Positions 1-9,065 of a stretch of DNA of 64,000 nt are shown piece by piece. Where the stretch lies: positions 147,565 to 211,564 of the forward strand of contig JAPZUA010000001.1 of assembly GCA_027532905.1 (NCBI GenBank), written 5' to 3'. The DNA is from Magnetospirillum sp. Its GTDB lineage: Bacteria; Pseudomonadota; Alphaproteobacteria; CACIAM-22H2. The translations under genes and the position numbers were made by a program. The notes under the pieces are model-generated. The model worked only from the letters and a program-made list of their open reading frames with translations, did no database searches and had not been told where the DNA came from. Every line of letters starts with the position of its first letter. Within the stretch, counting starts at the first letter, position 1.

Positions 1-2
1 CG

Positions 3-650
3 ATGGACGGCGACGTGTCGCCGATCCACGCCTTCTGCGATTTGGCCGAAAAATACGACGCGATGACGTATCTCGACGAGGTCCATGCGGTCGGCCTCTA
101 CGGTGCGCGCGGTGCGGGCATCTCCGAGCGCGACGGCGCGCAACATCGCCTCGACATCGTGCAAGGCACGCTCGCCAAAGGCTTCGGCGTTGTCGGCGGC
201 TATGTCGCCGCGTCGGCGGCGCTGTGCGACGCGGTGCGCAGCACGGCCCCCGGCTTCATCTTCTCGAGCTCGATGCCGCCCGTCGTGGCCGCAGGCGCGC
301 GCGCGTCGATCCGCCATCTCAAGCAGAACAACGCCGCGCGCGAAAAGCTCGCCGAGCGAGCCGCACGCCTCAAGCGCCTGCTTGCGGCCGCCGGCATGCC
401 GGTGATGCCGTCGGTCACGCATATCGTGCCGCTAATGGTGGGCGACGCGCGGCTGGCAAAACAGGCCAGCGACGAATTGCTTCTGCGCCACGGCATTTAC
501 GTGCAGCCGATCAATTTCCCGACGGTACCGCGCGGCACCGAGCGGCTGCGCATCACGGCAACCCCATTCCACGACGACGCGCTCATGGACCGGCTCGTCG
601 AAGCTGTCGTCGATGTGTGGAGCCGTTTGGATTTGAGACGTGCGGCATAG
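3..650 (+). CDS. hemA: 5-aminolevulinate synthase, C-terminal part (5' end outside window)
   Basis: Translation reads [25 protein letters not shown]...[16 protein letters not shown]...[18 protein letters not shown]. This is a near-textbook match to the ALAS pyridoxal-phosphate region. Stop codon TAG at 648-650. Confidence 0.85.
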   Translation: MDGDVSPIHAFCDLAEKYDAMTYLDEVHAVGLYGARGAGISERDGAQHRLDIVQGTLAKGFGVVGGYVAASAALCDAVRSTAPGFIFSSSMPPVVAAGARASIRHLKQNNAAREKLAERAARLKRLLAAAGMPVMPSVTHIVPLMVGDARLAKQASDELLLRHGIYVQPINFPTVPRGTERLRITATPFHDDALMDRLVEAVVDVWSRLDLRRAA

Positions 651-1194
651 ATCCGCGACCGTTTTGCTCGCCTGTTTGGCGCTCGCTGGCTGCGCGAACC
701 CGACCGGGCGCTTCAACTACGTCCACACCGAAGGCTATACGGCCAGTACCGCCGCGTTCGCGGCCGCCGACGGTCCCACGTCGGTCGTCGTGCGCAACAA
801 TCCCTTTCCCGGCGACACGGACGGCGCCAGATTAGCGGCCGCGATGCCCACAGACACGATTTGGCGCTTTAAATTCGTCAATTCGCGGCCCGCTCGGAGC
901 TACGGCTACCTGTTCGTTATCGAATTCGGGCAAAACGCCAAGCTGGGCACATATTCTGTTTGCGCGACCGATCTGCCGGTCCAAACACCGCTGCCGCCGG
1001 ACAGCGCCACGGACGGCATCCCTTTTCGCGCCGGATTCTGCCGCAATGGCAGCGGCATCAGCGAGGTCGCGGGCATAGCACCTCACGCGCCGTCGCCCGA
1101 CGCCCCCGAATTCCGGAATTTTCTGGCGAATTTGGTTTCGTCGCTGACGCCGCCGAACGACTCGCCCAGCATACGCGACTACGAGGGCGGCTGA
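640..1194 (+). CDS. lipoprotein of unknown function
   Basis: GTG start overlaps the hemA end. N-terminus [18 protein letters not shown] is a signal peptide with a lipobox (LAGC). Confidence 0.5.
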   Translation: MRHRSATVLLACLALAGCANPTGRFNYVHTEGYTASTAAFAAADGPTSVVVRNNPFPGDTDGARLAAAMPTDTIWRFKFVNSRPARSYGYLFVIEFGQNAKLGTYSVCATDLPVQTPLPPDSATDGIPFRAGFCRNGSGISEVAGIAPHAPSPDAPEFRNFLANLVSSLTPPNDSPSIRDYEGG

Positions 1195-1270
1195 TTCGCG
1201 AACGCGACCATCGACCGCCGGGCGCTTCTGCGGCATTCTCGCCGAGTCCGCACCAAGGAGCGCGCCGTAA

Positions 1271-2638
1271 ATGAATCCCCGCAGCGTCAAGACGGCCGAA
1301 CAGGCGGCCGCCCTTCTCGAACAGCGCAGCATCGACAACGTCAAAATCGGGCTGTTCGACATCGACGGCGTGATGCGCGGCAAATATCTCTCGCGCGAGA
1401 AGTTCGCGAGCGTGCTCAAAACCGGCTTCGGCTTCTGCGACGTGGTCCTCGGCTGGGATTCGAACGACCAGCTCTACGACAACAGCACCTACACGGGCTG
1501 GCACACGGCCTATCCGGATGCGCCTGTGCGCGTGCTGCCCGAGACGTGCCGCGCCCTGCCGTTCGAGCCGACGACGCTGCTGTTCCTCGCCGAGTTCGCG
1601 GGCAAGGCCGAGGCTTTGTGCCCGCGCGGGCTGTTGCGCCGCATCGTGCGCCGCGCCGCCGACATGGGCTTTGCCGCCAAGGCAGCGGCCGAGTTCGAAT
1701 TCTTCGTGTTCGAGGAAAACCCGGTCTCGGTGCGCGAAAAAAACTATCGCGGCCTCAAGACGCTTACGCCCGGCTTCTTCGGCTATTCGATGCTGCGCAG
1801 CTCCGTGCACGCCGAGTTCTACCACGGCCTGCTCGAGACGATGCGCGCCATGGACGTGCCGATCGAGGGTTTGCACACCGAAACGGGTGCAGGCGTGCTC
1901 GAAGCGGCCCTGCTCTACGACGACGTGCTCGCGGCGGCCGACAAGGCGAGCCTGTTCAAGACCTTCACGAAGGTCTTCGCGCAGCGCCAGAACCGCATGG
2001 CGACCTTCATGGCCAAATGGTCGCACGACTGGCCGGGCCAGTCGGGCCATCTGCATCTGTCGCTGCAGGACAAGGCCGGCACCCCTGTATTCCACGACGC
2101 GAATGCGCCCAACGGCATTTCCCAGACGATGCGCCATTTCATCGGCGGCCAGCAGCGTCTGATGCCGGAATTGCTGGCCATGGTCGCGTGCACGGTCAAT
2201 TCCTATACGCGCCTCGTGCCCGGCTTCTGGGCGCCGACGGCAAGCTATTGGGGCATCGAAAACCGCACCACGGCCTTGCGCGCGATTCCGGGCGGGCCGT
2301 CTTCGCAGCGCGTCGAGTACCGGATCGCGGCGGCCGACATCAATCCCTACATCGCCCTTGCCGCAGCGCTCGGGTCGGGCCTGTGGGGGATCGAGCATCG
2401 CATCGAGCCGACCGATCCCATCGCGGGCAATGCCTATGACGTGGCGCCGCCCGAAGCGCTCAAATTGCCGCGCACATTGGGGACGGCCGCTGCACGGCTT
2501 GCTGCGTCGGACGCCGCCAAGAGCCTGTTCGGGGAACAGTTCGTGGCGCACTACGCCGCCAGCCGCGACTGGGAGCAGCGCGAAGCCGACAAGGCCATCA
2601 CCGATTGGCAGCTGCAACGCTATTTCGAAATCATCTGA
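1271..2638 (+). CDS. glutamine synthetase family protein (gamma-glutamyl-amine ligase, PuuA/GlnA3-like)
   Basis: 455 aa with the GS catalytic-domain pattern (FEFFVFEE..., MAKW..., ENRTTALR). Strong Shine-Dalgarno AAGGAG 8 nt upstream of the ATG. Confidence 0.75.
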   Translation: MNPRSVKTAEQAAALLEQRSIDNVKIGLFDIDGVMRGKYLSREKFASVLKTGFGFCDVVLGWDSNDQLYDNSTYTGWHTAYPDAPVRVLPETCRALPFEPTTLLFLAEFAGKAEALCPRGLLRRIVRRAADMGFAAKAAAEFEFFVFEENPVSVREKNYRGLKTLTPGFFGYSMLRSSVHAEFYHGLLETMRAMDVPIEGLHTETGAGVLEAALLYDDVLAAADKASLFKTFTKVFAQRQNRMATFMAKWSHDWPGQSGHLHLSLQDKAGTPVFHDANAPNGISQTMRHFIGGQQRLMPELLAMVACTVNSYTRLVPGFWAPTASYWGIENRTTALRAIPGGPSSQRVEYRIAAADINPYIALAAALGSGLWGIEHRIEPTDPIAGNAYDVAPPEALKLPRTLGTAAARLAASDAAKSLFGEQFVAHYAASRDWEQREADKAITDWQLQRYFEII

Positions 2639-2651
2639 GGAAACGACCGCA

Positions 2652-3812
2652 ATGGCGCCCAAGGCCAATTGGAACTATCCGACGACGATCTGGGCGGGCC
2701 CCGGCCGCGTGGCCGAGCTGCCGGCCGCATGCAAACGCCTCGGCATCGCCAGGCCCTTGCTCGTGACCGACAAGGGCCTTGCCGCGACGGCGATGGTGCG
2801 CGCGGCACTCGCCGCAACGGGGGCCGCCCTGTTCGCCGACGTGCGCGGCAATCCGACAGGCAGCAATGTCGCGGCCGGCGTTGCCGCCCTCAAAGCCGGC
2901 GGCCACGACGGGGTAATCGCGTTCGGCGGCGGTTCGGGCCTCGACGCCGCCAAGGCGATAGCACTGATGGCAGGCCAGACGCAGCCTTTATGGGATTTCG
3001 AGGATGTCGGCGACAATTTCAAACGCGTCGATCCAGCCGGCATGCTGCCGGTCGTGGCCGTGCCGACCACGTCGGGGACGGGCTCGGAGACGGGTCGTGC
3101 ATCGGTCATCACCGACGAAGCCGCACATGTCAAAAAGATCATCTTTCATCCCAAAATGATGCCGGGGATCGTGATCCTCGATCCCGAACTCACGGTGGGT
3201 TTGCCGGCAAACCTCACGGCCGCCACCGGCATCGATGCGTTCGTGCATTGCTTCGAAGCCTTCTGCGCGCCCGGTTTCCATCCGATGGCCGAAGGCATTG
3301 CGCTCGAAGGCATGCGGCTGGTCAAAGACTGGCTGCCGCGCGCGTTTGCAAACGGGGCCGATATCGAAGCGCGCGCGCAGATGCAGGCGGCCGCCAGCAT
3401 GGGGGCGGTTGCGTTCCAGAAGGGGTTGGGCGGTGTGCATGCGCTTGCCCACCCGATTGGTGCCGTGTTCGACACGCATCACGGCCTCACCAACGCCGTG
3501 CTGCTGCCTTATGTGATGCAGCGCAACCGGGCGGCCATTACCGGGCGCATGGGCCGCCTCGCGCGTACGCTCGATCTTGCCGCCTCTGCCAAGCAAGCCG
3601 GCGATTTCGACGCCGTCCTTGCCTGGGTTCTCGAATTCCGCGCCAAGCTCGCCATTCCGCCCGCCCTTGCGGCCCTGGGTCTCGACGCGGCGCGCGCCGA
3701 CGAAATCGGCGCCATGGCGGCGGTCGACCCCTCGGCGGACGGCAATCCCTGCCCGCTCGACGCCACCGACTACGCGGAAATCTACCGCGCGGCGATAGCC
3801 GGAAAAATTTAA
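2652..3812 (+). CDS. iron-containing alcohol dehydrogenase
   Basis: Fe-ADH motifs GGGSGLDAAKAIAL, VPTTSGTGSE and HALAHPIG. Internal ATG at 2652 preceded by GAGG. The upstream part of ORF 2358 is Arg-rich junk. Confidence 0.8.
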   Translation: MAPKANWNYPTTIWAGPGRVAELPAACKRLGIARPLLVTDKGLAATAMVRAALAATGAALFADVRGNPTGSNVAAGVAALKAGGHDGVIAFGGGSGLDAAKAIALMAGQTQPLWDFEDVGDNFKRVDPAGMLPVVAVPTTSGTGSETGRASVITDEAAHVKKIIFHPKMMPGIVILDPELTVGLPANLTAATGIDAFVHCFEAFCAPGFHPMAEGIALEGMRLVKDWLPRAFANGADIEARAQMQAAASMGAVAFQKGLGGVHALAHPIGAVFDTHHGLTNAVLLPYVMQRNRAAITGRMGRLARTLDLAASAKQAGDFDAVLAWVLEFRAKLAIPPALAALGLDAARADEIGAMAAVDPSADGNPCPLDATDYAEIYRAAIAGKI

Positions 3813-3879
3813 CTCCGAGTTAGCGATTTCGAGGCTAGTTTCGGATCCAACCTGACCCTTTAACGCTTGCGGACCATCA

Positions 3880-4782
3880 ATGTCGAAAATCGAACTGTCG
3901 GACGACGAGTATTTCGCGATCGAAGACGCGCTGCAGAACAGCAGCCGCGGCCGCGCGTTCCTCCGTGCGCGCGACGCGCGGTCGCGCGTGGTGGCGGTCG
4001 ACGAGGCGCGGCGCATCGCCGCTTCGTTCCGCGAATGGACGATCCGGCAAATGGGGACCGTCAAGGAAACGCAGAGCGTCGAAGTGCTGCGCGCCGAGCT
4101 GCAGAGCATGGCGGCCCATATCCAAGCCGCCAAAAACGAAATCGCGTCGATCCACAACAAGGATCCCAAGGCCGCGATCTCCGACAACCGCATCAACAGC
4201 GCCACGAGCGAGCTCGACCAGATCGTCGCCTCGACCGAGCGTGCGACCTCCGACATTCTGAATGCCGCCGAACGGATCATGGAAGTGGCCGGCCATCTGC
4301 CGCCGGAACATGCCGAAGCGGCCCAGGTGCTCAACGACCAGGCGACCGAAATCTTCACCGCCTGCTCGTTCCAGGATATCACCGGCCAGCGCATCTCGAA
4401 GGTCGTCAATACGCTGCGCTACATCGACCAACGCGTGAACGCGATGGTCGAGATCTGGGGCCTCGACAATCTGCCGACCGCCACCGCCAAGTCCGACGCC
4501 AATGCCGACAAGCGGGAAAACGCGCATCTGCTGAACGGCCCCGCGATGCCGGGCCAGGGCCGCACGCAAGACGAAATCGACGCGCTTCTCGAAGGTGCGA
4601 GCTTCGACGCTCCCATCCCGCGCGCCGAGCCGCCGCCGCAGGCAGCAAAAAACCCGGCGCCCGCACCGGCCGCGGCGCCTGCACCGGCCCCCGCACCGGC
4701 CCCAAAGCCTGCGGCAGCGCCGGCGGCAGCGCCCGCCGGGGCGACCGCCTCGCAGGCCGACATCGACAAGCTCTTCGATTGA
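3880..4782 (+). CDS. cheZ: chemotaxis phosphatase CheZ homolog with C-terminal Pro/Ala-rich linker
   Basis: Active-site signature FQDITGQRISKVVNTLRYIDQRV matches E. coli CheZ D143/Q147. C-terminal ASQADIDKLFD resembles the CheZ CheY-binding tail (ASQDQVDDLLDSLGF). Long PAPAPAAAP linker. Confidence 0.75.
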   Translation: MSKIELSDDEYFAIEDALQNSSRGRAFLRARDARSRVVAVDEARRIAASFREWTIRQMGTVKETQSVEVLRAELQSMAAHIQAAKNEIASIHNKDPKAAISDNRINSATSELDQIVASTERATSDILNAAERIMEVAGHLPPEHAEAAQVLNDQATEIFTACSFQDITGQRISKVVNTLRYIDQRVNAMVEIWGLDNLPTATAKSDANADKRENAHLLNGPAMPGQGRTQDEIDALLEGASFDAPIPRAEPPPQAAKNPAPAPAAAPAPAPAPAPKPAAAPAAAPAGATASQADIDKLFD

Positions 4783-4812
4783 GCCAAGACCGGGCAGATC
4801 GGGGCTAGCAAT

Positions 4813-5913
4813 GTGCCCTCTTCCGGCGTAAAAGCCTTCACCATGGAACAAGTCAAGACACCAGAAGCGCCACCAGCGGTCGCCGGCGATATGAATGCCG
4901 GCGAGTACGACGCCGAAGGCCAGGACGCGCTCCATATTCTGCCGCTGAGCATCATCCCGCTCGAAACGCCGGGATTGCGGCGTCTGCGGCTCATCAAAAA
5001 CGTGCGGCTCGACTCAGTCGTCGAACTCTACAAAGACCAGGGTCACAAATCGGCGCAGGTGCCGCTCGACGCGCTCAACAGCGTGTTTCAGAGCTACGGC
5101 ACGCAGCTGCGCGCCGACATGCCGCTGCTGCAGAGCCTCAGCAGCATTCCCTCGTTCGACGTGTACACGCTGCGCGTGGCCTTGCGCTCCCTCAACTTGC
5201 CCATCGACGAGAAGACCGCTCTGCAGCTCTCGGACTCCAAGCGGCGCGAACTCACCGACCACATGAAGGTGTTCACGCATCCGCTGATCCAGCAGATCTA
5301 CGGCAGCGCCGAATTCGAAGTGAACGACGTATCGGATATCATGAAGTTGATTTCGTCGCCCAACCGCGACGACGCGCTCAAGAACCTGCGCATGATGTCG
5401 CAGAAGCTCAACGTACCGTTGACAGAGATCCCGCGCTTCCTCGAGGACTACGGCGACACATTCCTGTCGCTCGCCTATTTCCGCTCGTGCCTCGACAAGG
5501 TCGTCCCGCAGGTGCAGAGCTTCCTCGATTGGGTGAAGCCGCTTGACGACAACCAGATGATCAAGGGCGACCGCATGTCGAAGCAGATGCTCGACAAGAC
5601 GCGCGAGTCGATGTCGGGCGTGATCATCTCGCTGACCGGCCGCTTCGAAGCCTTCAACCGCAAAAGCTCGGATTTCTGGCGCGACATCAACGCCGACAGC
5701 TTCAGCCGCATGAAGGACATGGTGTTCTCGAACCACCGGTCGATCGGCGGCGTTTTGTGCGGCCTGTCGGTCAAGATGCAGCTGTGGCGCGACCGCTTCC
5801 CGTCGGCGAGCGGCGGCCCCAACAAGCGGCTCGAATTCGTGCGCTCGGAAGTCGTGCCGGGCATGCAGATCATCGACGAGCTCGAAGCGGCCGCGCGCAA
5901 GACCGGGCTTTAA
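4813..5913 (+). CDS. hypothetical protein, 366 aa, no recognisable domain
   Basis: Long ORF 30 nt downstream of cheZ on the same strand. GC noticeably lower than neighbours. Hydrophilic, no TM segment or signal peptide. Alternative start at M11 (4843). Confidence 0.55.
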   Translation: MPSSGVKAFTMEQVKTPEAPPAVAGDMNAGEYDAEGQDALHILPLSIIPLETPGLRRLRLIKNVRLDSVVELYKDQGHKSAQVPLDALNSVFQSYGTQLRADMPLLQSLSSIPSFDVYTLRVALRSLNLPIDEKTALQLSDSKRRELTDHMKVFTHPLIQQIYGSAEFEVNDVSDIMKLISSPNRDDALKNLRMMSQKLNVPLTEIPRFLEDYGDTFLSLAYFRSCLDKVVPQVQSFLDWVKPLDDNQMIKGDRMSKQMLDKTRESMSGVIISLTGRFEAFNRKSSDFWRDINADSFSRMKDMVFSNHRSIGGVLCGLSVKMQLWRDRFPSASGGPNKRLEFVRSEVVPGMQIIDELEAAARKTGL

Positions 5914-5930
5914 GCCCGCCTTTTCGCAAT
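5905..5930 (+). terminator. candidate intrinsic terminator
   Basis: GGGCTT-T-AAGCCC inverted repeat spanning the TAA stop, followed by GCCTTTTCG. Confidence 0.35.
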
Positions 5931-5938
5931 CGGCCCGT

Positions 5939-6002
5939 CAGAATCCGGGCCCGTCGAAATCCGGGCGACTCAAAATCCGGGCGACTCAAAATCCGTGCGA
6001 CA
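5939..6002. repeat. 4 x 16-bp tandem direct repeat (cAAAATCCGGGCGACT)
   Basis: Units are cagaatccgggcccgt / cgaaatccgggcgact / caaaatccgggcgact / caaaatccgtgcgaca. They lie between convergent genes and partly overlap the 3' end of the minus-strand ORF. Confidence 0.8.
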
Positions 6003-6660
6003 GGCAGACCATAGCGGCCTCCTGGCCGCGGAAAGGCATGCGCTTGGCCGTGGCTGCCACCGGCGTCATCACGCCCGACAGCGTTTTGAGCGGGGTGGGC
6101 ATCGGTGCGGACGCCGCGAATTTGCCGGTTGCCGCAAGCAGCGTTTTGAAATCACCCGGCAAGGCGAAATGGGCCGCGATCGACGTTCCCATCAGATCGA
6201 ACTCGCTGCCATCGAGCAATTCGCGGAACGGCGCGTTGAGCCACAGGATCGTCCCATCGGCAACGGCCACCAAAGCCGCCGCGATCGGAATTGCGTCGAG
6301 CGTTTCGGCAAGACGCGTTTCGGCCGCCTGGGCTTCGTTCTCGGCGGCGACCGCAAGGGCGAGCAGCACGCGCCCGGCCCCCAGCCCCACGACACGCAAA
6401 GTGCCTTCGTAGCGGCCGGCAAACATCGTCGCGGGGCCGCACGCCACATGCGCGACGGCCCCCTCGCTGATCGCGTCGATCGCCGCAACCAGATCAGCGG
6501 GTACATCGTCGCCGAAGGCGGGGGCCCCCGGTTCGGCGCCGGCAAATTCCTGCGCGAACAGGCTGTCGGCCCAGACCAGACGCGCCGCACGCGCGCGCCC
6601 CGGTTCTGCCGCCAATACGGCGATCCCGCCTGCAAGTTCCATTTCGCCGTCGTCCGACAT
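5986..6660 (-). CDS. standalone PAS-like domain protein
   Basis: Start MSDDGEMELAGG with GGGGGGA upstream. PAS-like segment DGTILWLNAPFRELLDGSEFDLMGTSIAAHF. No output domain. Confidence 0.45.
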   Translation of the reverse strand: MSDDGEMELAGGIAVLAAEPGRARAARLVWADSLFAQEFAGAEPGAPAFGDDVPADLVAAIDAISEGAVAHVACGPATMFAGRYEGTLRVVGLGAGRVLLALAVAAENEAQAAETRLAETLDAIPIAAALVAVADGTILWLNAPFRELLDGSEFDLMGTSIAAHFALPGDFKTLLAATGKFAASAPMPTPLKTLSGVMTPVAATAKRMPFRGQEAAMVCLSHGF

Positions 6661-6787
6661 TCCGCATCCCCCCAAGGCCCGAAACGGGCAAGTTCGCCGG
6701 ATGTTAGCCAAGAAAACGGCTCGACAGAAGCGGGCGTTACGAACATTTCCCAAGACGCGCGCGGACGGTCTAGACTTTGCGCCGCCA

Positions 6788-7566
6788 TGTTCGCAAAAGG
6801 CCCCCTGCTGATCCGCCACGCCGTCGTCACGATGCTCGATGCATTCGCGAAGACGGCGCAGGAAACGGCTGTAAAAAACGGCGGCAAGATCGATTCCGCC
6901 GACATCGCGCGCATCGGCGAAGCGATGAAGAACTCAGGCGAGATCGAGAATTTCTACCGCGCCGTTTTCGGCCAGGTCGTGGCCTCGATCGTCGAATCGC
7001 AGAACCAGCATCGGCGCATAAACGCGTTCGGCCGTCTCGTGGCGCACCCGCTCGGCGATTTTTTCCAGTCGCAGCGCCTCGACCGCGCACTTCTCCACAA
7101 TTTCTTCTTTTTCGTGCAAGCGCTGGTCGGCGAGGCCGAGAACGACTGGAACGCCACCTGCGCTGCCGTGCTCGACGAGATGCGCGACAAAGCGGGCGAA
7201 GCGTTTGCGTGGGAGACCTTCTACAACGATCCGCGCACGCAGGCGATTTTCTGGCAAGTGCTGGTGCGCATCGCCCAGTCCTTCAAGCGCTTCGACACGC
7301 GCCGCGACTGGTTCTTGCGCATCATGCAGCACAAACAGACGTCGGTGAGCCTTGCCCCCAACAAATACGTGCAGCTCGGCGACGGGCTCGACGTCGCCCA
7401 GTTCGGCAAAGACGAATTCCTCAATCTGTTCGACAGCCTGTTTGCACCGGTCAAACGCCTGACACTGCAGGAAGTCGTGCGCTTCGAGGCGGCAACGGGG
7501 CTCGCACCGCGCACGGCTTTCGACCGTTTCTTTAGCGATTTGGACCGCTACAGGCGCGAGCACTGA
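6788..7566 (+). CDS. hypothetical protein (259 aa)
   Basis: This is the 3' part of the long ORF 5995..7566 and starts at internal ATG 6788. Soluble, helical-looking, no motif recognised. Confidence 0.45.
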
Positions 7567-7618
7567 TTTTTTCGGCGGCCTTCATTGTTTGTTAAGACAT
7601 TTAGGATAAATTTTAAAT

Positions 7619-8023
7619 ATGTTGAAGATAAATCATCGCTCCCGTGTGTTTTTGGCCGCCGGCGTTGCCTGCGTGGCGCTTGCTGCCTGCACCAAAACGC
7701 CGAGTTTCCAGGGCAGCCCGCCGCTGTCGGCCGTGCCCAATAAGGTCAGCAACTTTGCGGCCCCTTATGTGAACGCTATCGTTACGCCCGGCGTGGTCGG
7801 GGCGGCGATGCTGGTCGGCCCGAACTTCCTGCCCGGGCGTTGCGACGAGATGTACCTCACCGGCGACCGCAAACTCATCTGCGACCAGATGGCGCGCTAC
7901 AACGACACGCCACTGCCGGGCAAATTGCCCGATCCCAACGCGCAGTATCGCTGCATCCGCACGCTGGGCGGCGTCACTGAATGCACCGACGCGCCGCGCG
8001 CCGCACGGATCGCGGCGCCCTAA
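7619..8023 (+). CDS. Cys-containing lipoprotein of unknown function
   Basis: Signal peptide with lipobox (VALAACT). Preceded by an AT-rich promoter-like stretch (7567-7618). Four Cys in the mature part. Confidence 0.5.
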   Translation: MLKINHRSRVFLAAGVACVALAACTKTPSFQGSPPLSAVPNKVSNFAAPYVNAIVTPGVVGAAMLVGPNFLPGRCDEMYLTGDRKLICDQMARYNDTPLPGKLPDPNAQYRCIRTLGGVTECTDAPRAARIAAP

Positions 8024-8042
8024 ACCTCAAACCTTCAAATCA

Positions 8043-8297
8043 TTACTTGGCGTCGGCAGCCGGCTTCTTCGGCACCGAGGACGGCGCTACCCACGTATTC
8101 CCGGACAAAGGCTTGCCGGGACCGGCATGGAAAACACGCGGATTGCGCGTGTTGAGTTCGTCGGCTTCTTTGTTGACCTTGGGCGGCGAATTGTTGGCGC
8201 GTGGATCGTCTGCCGCGGCGGCCGGATTGCTGCCGAACGCGGCCGAGCCTGCGATCGCCAAAGCCGTTGCCAGTGCCAAGATACCGCTGCGCGCCAT
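8043..8297 (-). CDS. small secreted protein (84 aa)
   Basis: C-terminal part of ORF 8043..9005 starting at ATG 8297 (MARSGILALATALAIAGSAAFG, signal peptide). GGGAGA RBS. Low-complexity Pro/Lys-rich mature part. Confidence 0.4.
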   Translation of the reverse strand: MARSGILALATALAIAGSAAFGSNPAAAADDPRANNSPPKVNKEADELNTRNPRVFHAGPGKPLSGNTWVAPSSVPKKPAADAK

Positions 8298-8414
8298 CGT
8301 CCATCTCCCAAATCCGGCATTCCGCCCCCTTTTCACGGGGCCGGAACGTGATAACGTCCTTGTCCTTCTTATAACATAATCGGCCTTCGACAATCTCGCT
8401 TTAAGGACAGGTAT

Positions 8415-9062
8415 TTGGAACCCACGGCCGATATCCATGCCTTGATCACCCAGTACGGGACGCTGATCTACGCGATTATCTTCGTGTGGACCTTCTTCGA
8501 GGGCGAAACCTTCGTGCTGTTTGCGGGTGCCGCTGCCCAGCAAGGCACATTGAATGTGTGGGTGCTGCTGGTTGTCGCGTGGCTCGGCAGTTTTGCCGGC
8601 GACCAGATGTGGTTTTGGATCGGCCGGCGCTACGGCAGCCAAATGCTCGAGCGGCGCCCGAAATGGCGGGCGGGCGTCGATGGCGCGCTCGAAATGCTCA
8701 AACGCTACGACACGTGGTTCATCCTGTCGTTCCGCTTCATCTACGGCGTGCGCAATTTCGCGTCGTTCGCGATGGGGGTGGCGCGCGTCGATCCGATGCG
8801 CTTTGCCGCCCTCAATTTCGTGGCGGCCTTCGTGTGGGCCGCGTCGTTCGTCGGCATCGGCTATCTGTTCGGCAGGGCACTGGAAGCGATGCTTGGCGAC
8901 GTCGTGCACTACTTCCTTTACGTGATGCTCGGCGTGTTCGTGGGCTCTTCGACGATCGTCTATCTCGTGCATCGCCACCACACGCGCAAAGCCGCGGCAC
9001 GCCAAGCGGCCAAAGACGAGGCCGCAAAAGCCGCCGCCGCCGCCGACATCGCCGCCGACTAG
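8415..9062 (+). CDS. DedA family membrane protein
   Basis: Conserved DedA/VTT core YGTLIYAIIFVWTFFEGETFVLFAG. TTG start. Confidence 0.75.
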   Translation: MEPTADIHALITQYGTLIYAIIFVWTFFEGETFVLFAGAAAQQGTLNVWVLLVVAWLGSFAGDQMWFWIGRRYGSQMLERRPKWRAGVDGALEMLKRYDTWFILSFRFIYGVRNFASFAMGVARVDPMRFAALNFVAAFVWAASFVGIGYLFGRALEAMLGDVVHYFLYVMLGVFVGSSTIVYLVHRHHTRKAAARQAAKDEAAKAAAAADIAAD

Positions 9063-9065
9063 ATT

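Noticed and set aside
1058-2668. 536-aa minus-strand ORF
   Set aside because: Antisense to the GS-like gene; low-complexity.
2988-4935. minus-strand ORFs 2988-4409 and 3877-4935
   Set aside because: Antisense to Fe-ADH and cheZ; no domain features.
5939-6002. Possible CRISPR array
   Set aside because: Units are 16 bp and directly adjacent with no spacers. No cas genes are present.
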